DNA of 63,962 bases, counting the filler, from Reclinomonas americana ATCC 50394 (lineage: Eukaryota): assembly GCA_048213135.1 (NCBI GenBank). It is 21 parts of 21 records of this genome, joined end to end, with 100 filler letters (N's around TTAATTAATTAA, not from the genome) between each part and the next. Parts side by side here need not be neighbours in the genome. Positions count along the whole stretch, not along the records: positions 62,869 to 63,962 come from AFZH01018269.1; 20 more parts are not named here. One strand, written 5' to 3'. How positions within the stretch are numbered: the stretch's first letter is position 1; each line of letters begins with the position of its first letter. This document shows, piece by piece, positions 63,233 through 63,962 of this stretch. A model generated the notes under the pieces. It saw only the letters and a program-made list of their open reading frames with translations. It ran no database searches and was not told the origin of the DNA. Made by a program: the position numbers and the translations under genes.

Positions 63233-63598
63233 CTACAGCTGCATGTAAAACGACAGCGAGTTCTTGTCGGGATCAAACAACCCAAACTCACGCGTCCCCC
63301 ACGGCGTCTCCACCACTCTGCTCGTCTCCGGCAGCACTCCACGCTCACTGAACTCGGCAAACAGCGCGCCCACGTCGCTCACCACCATGCGTATCTGACT
63401 GCCGTCGAACTTGTCGTGCCACTGCACGTGCAACTCGACGCTGTCGCGCGACAGACACGCATACTTGGCCTCCTCCTCCTCGCCGCCATCGCTGTCTGCA
63501 AAGAGCACGCGGAAGCCGAGTGATTCGTAAAAGGCGATGGAGGCGCGCACGTTGCTCACGGGGAGCACGGGGTGCACGGCGGTGAGCTGCGCGCTCAT
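63233..63598 (-). CDS. VOC (glyoxalase/bleomycin-resistance) family protein with an intronless domain
   Basis: VHPVLPVSNVRASIAFYESLGF...YACLSRDSVELHVQWHD...VSDVGALFAEF...ETPWGTREFGLFDPDKNSLSFY. Confidence 0.9.
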   Translation of the reverse strand: MSAQLTAVHPVLPVSNVRASIAFYESLGFRVLFADSDGGEEEEAKYACLSRDSVELHVQWHDKFDGSQIRMVVSDVGALFAEFSERGVLPETSRVVETPWGTREFGLFDPDKNSLSFYMQL

Positions 63599-63962
63599 TG
63601 ATGCTGTAGGGAAGAGAGAGGGAGCAGGACAGATTCTTTTTCTGTCAGGCAATCATGTGCGCGGTGGTTGGCTTTATCGGCATTGGCGAGATGGTGTGTG
63701 TGTGTGTGGGAGAGAGAGAGAAGAGTGTACGTGCGCCTGTGACTCACGTTGTGGGGTGAAAGGGGGCGCCGGTGGCTGGGCATTTGCAGGCGTTTCTCGC
63801 GGAGAAGGGGGAGAGGTTGTTGTTTTGGAATCGGTCGAAGGAGAAGCCGGCGGTGAGGGCGTTGGTAGGTGTGTGGCAAAGGGGGAAGGGATGGGGAAGA
63901 GGAGGAGAAAGGGAGCGACTGAGAGGGAGCAGGCAATGTTGTGTTAGTGTGTGTGAGAGGGG

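Noticed and set aside
1..63962. tRNA, rRNA, snRNA genes, or an alternative genetic code
   Set aside because: No RNA gene was recognisable by eye. TAA, TAG and TGA all end genes and I saw no in-frame stops in conserved exons. A covariance-model scan would be needed to exclude small RNAs.

Overview
Gene-dense, intron-rich nuclear DNA from a eukaryote, most likely a protist. It is a draft scaffold whose contigs are joined by artificial N-TTAATTAATTAA-N spacers. About 15 spliced genes can be read by hand: HemK/PrmC methyltransferase, an RFWD3-like RING-WD40 ligase, two tandem paralogues of a large secreted FN3/NHL/cadherin/PAN protein, a DUF1475-like membrane protein, DRG2 GTPase, an inositol polyphosphate kinase, Rab18, ELP5, an ABCG transporter, a secreted Cys-rich orphan, a secreted H-type-lectin-like protein, HIRA, a BTB-BACK-SPRY protein and a bacterial-type VOC protein. 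The most striking signal is the splicing code. More than 25 introns, on both strands, start with a +1-shifted donor (GTTGCGT/GTTGAGT type), nearly always after a non-G exon end, whereas ordinary GTGMGT donors nearly always follow G. Other notable features are NHL propellers nested inside split FN3-like domains, GA-then-CT polarised introns, a nested inverted-repeat element and very short intergenic spacers. All gene models and counts were made by eye, without database searches.
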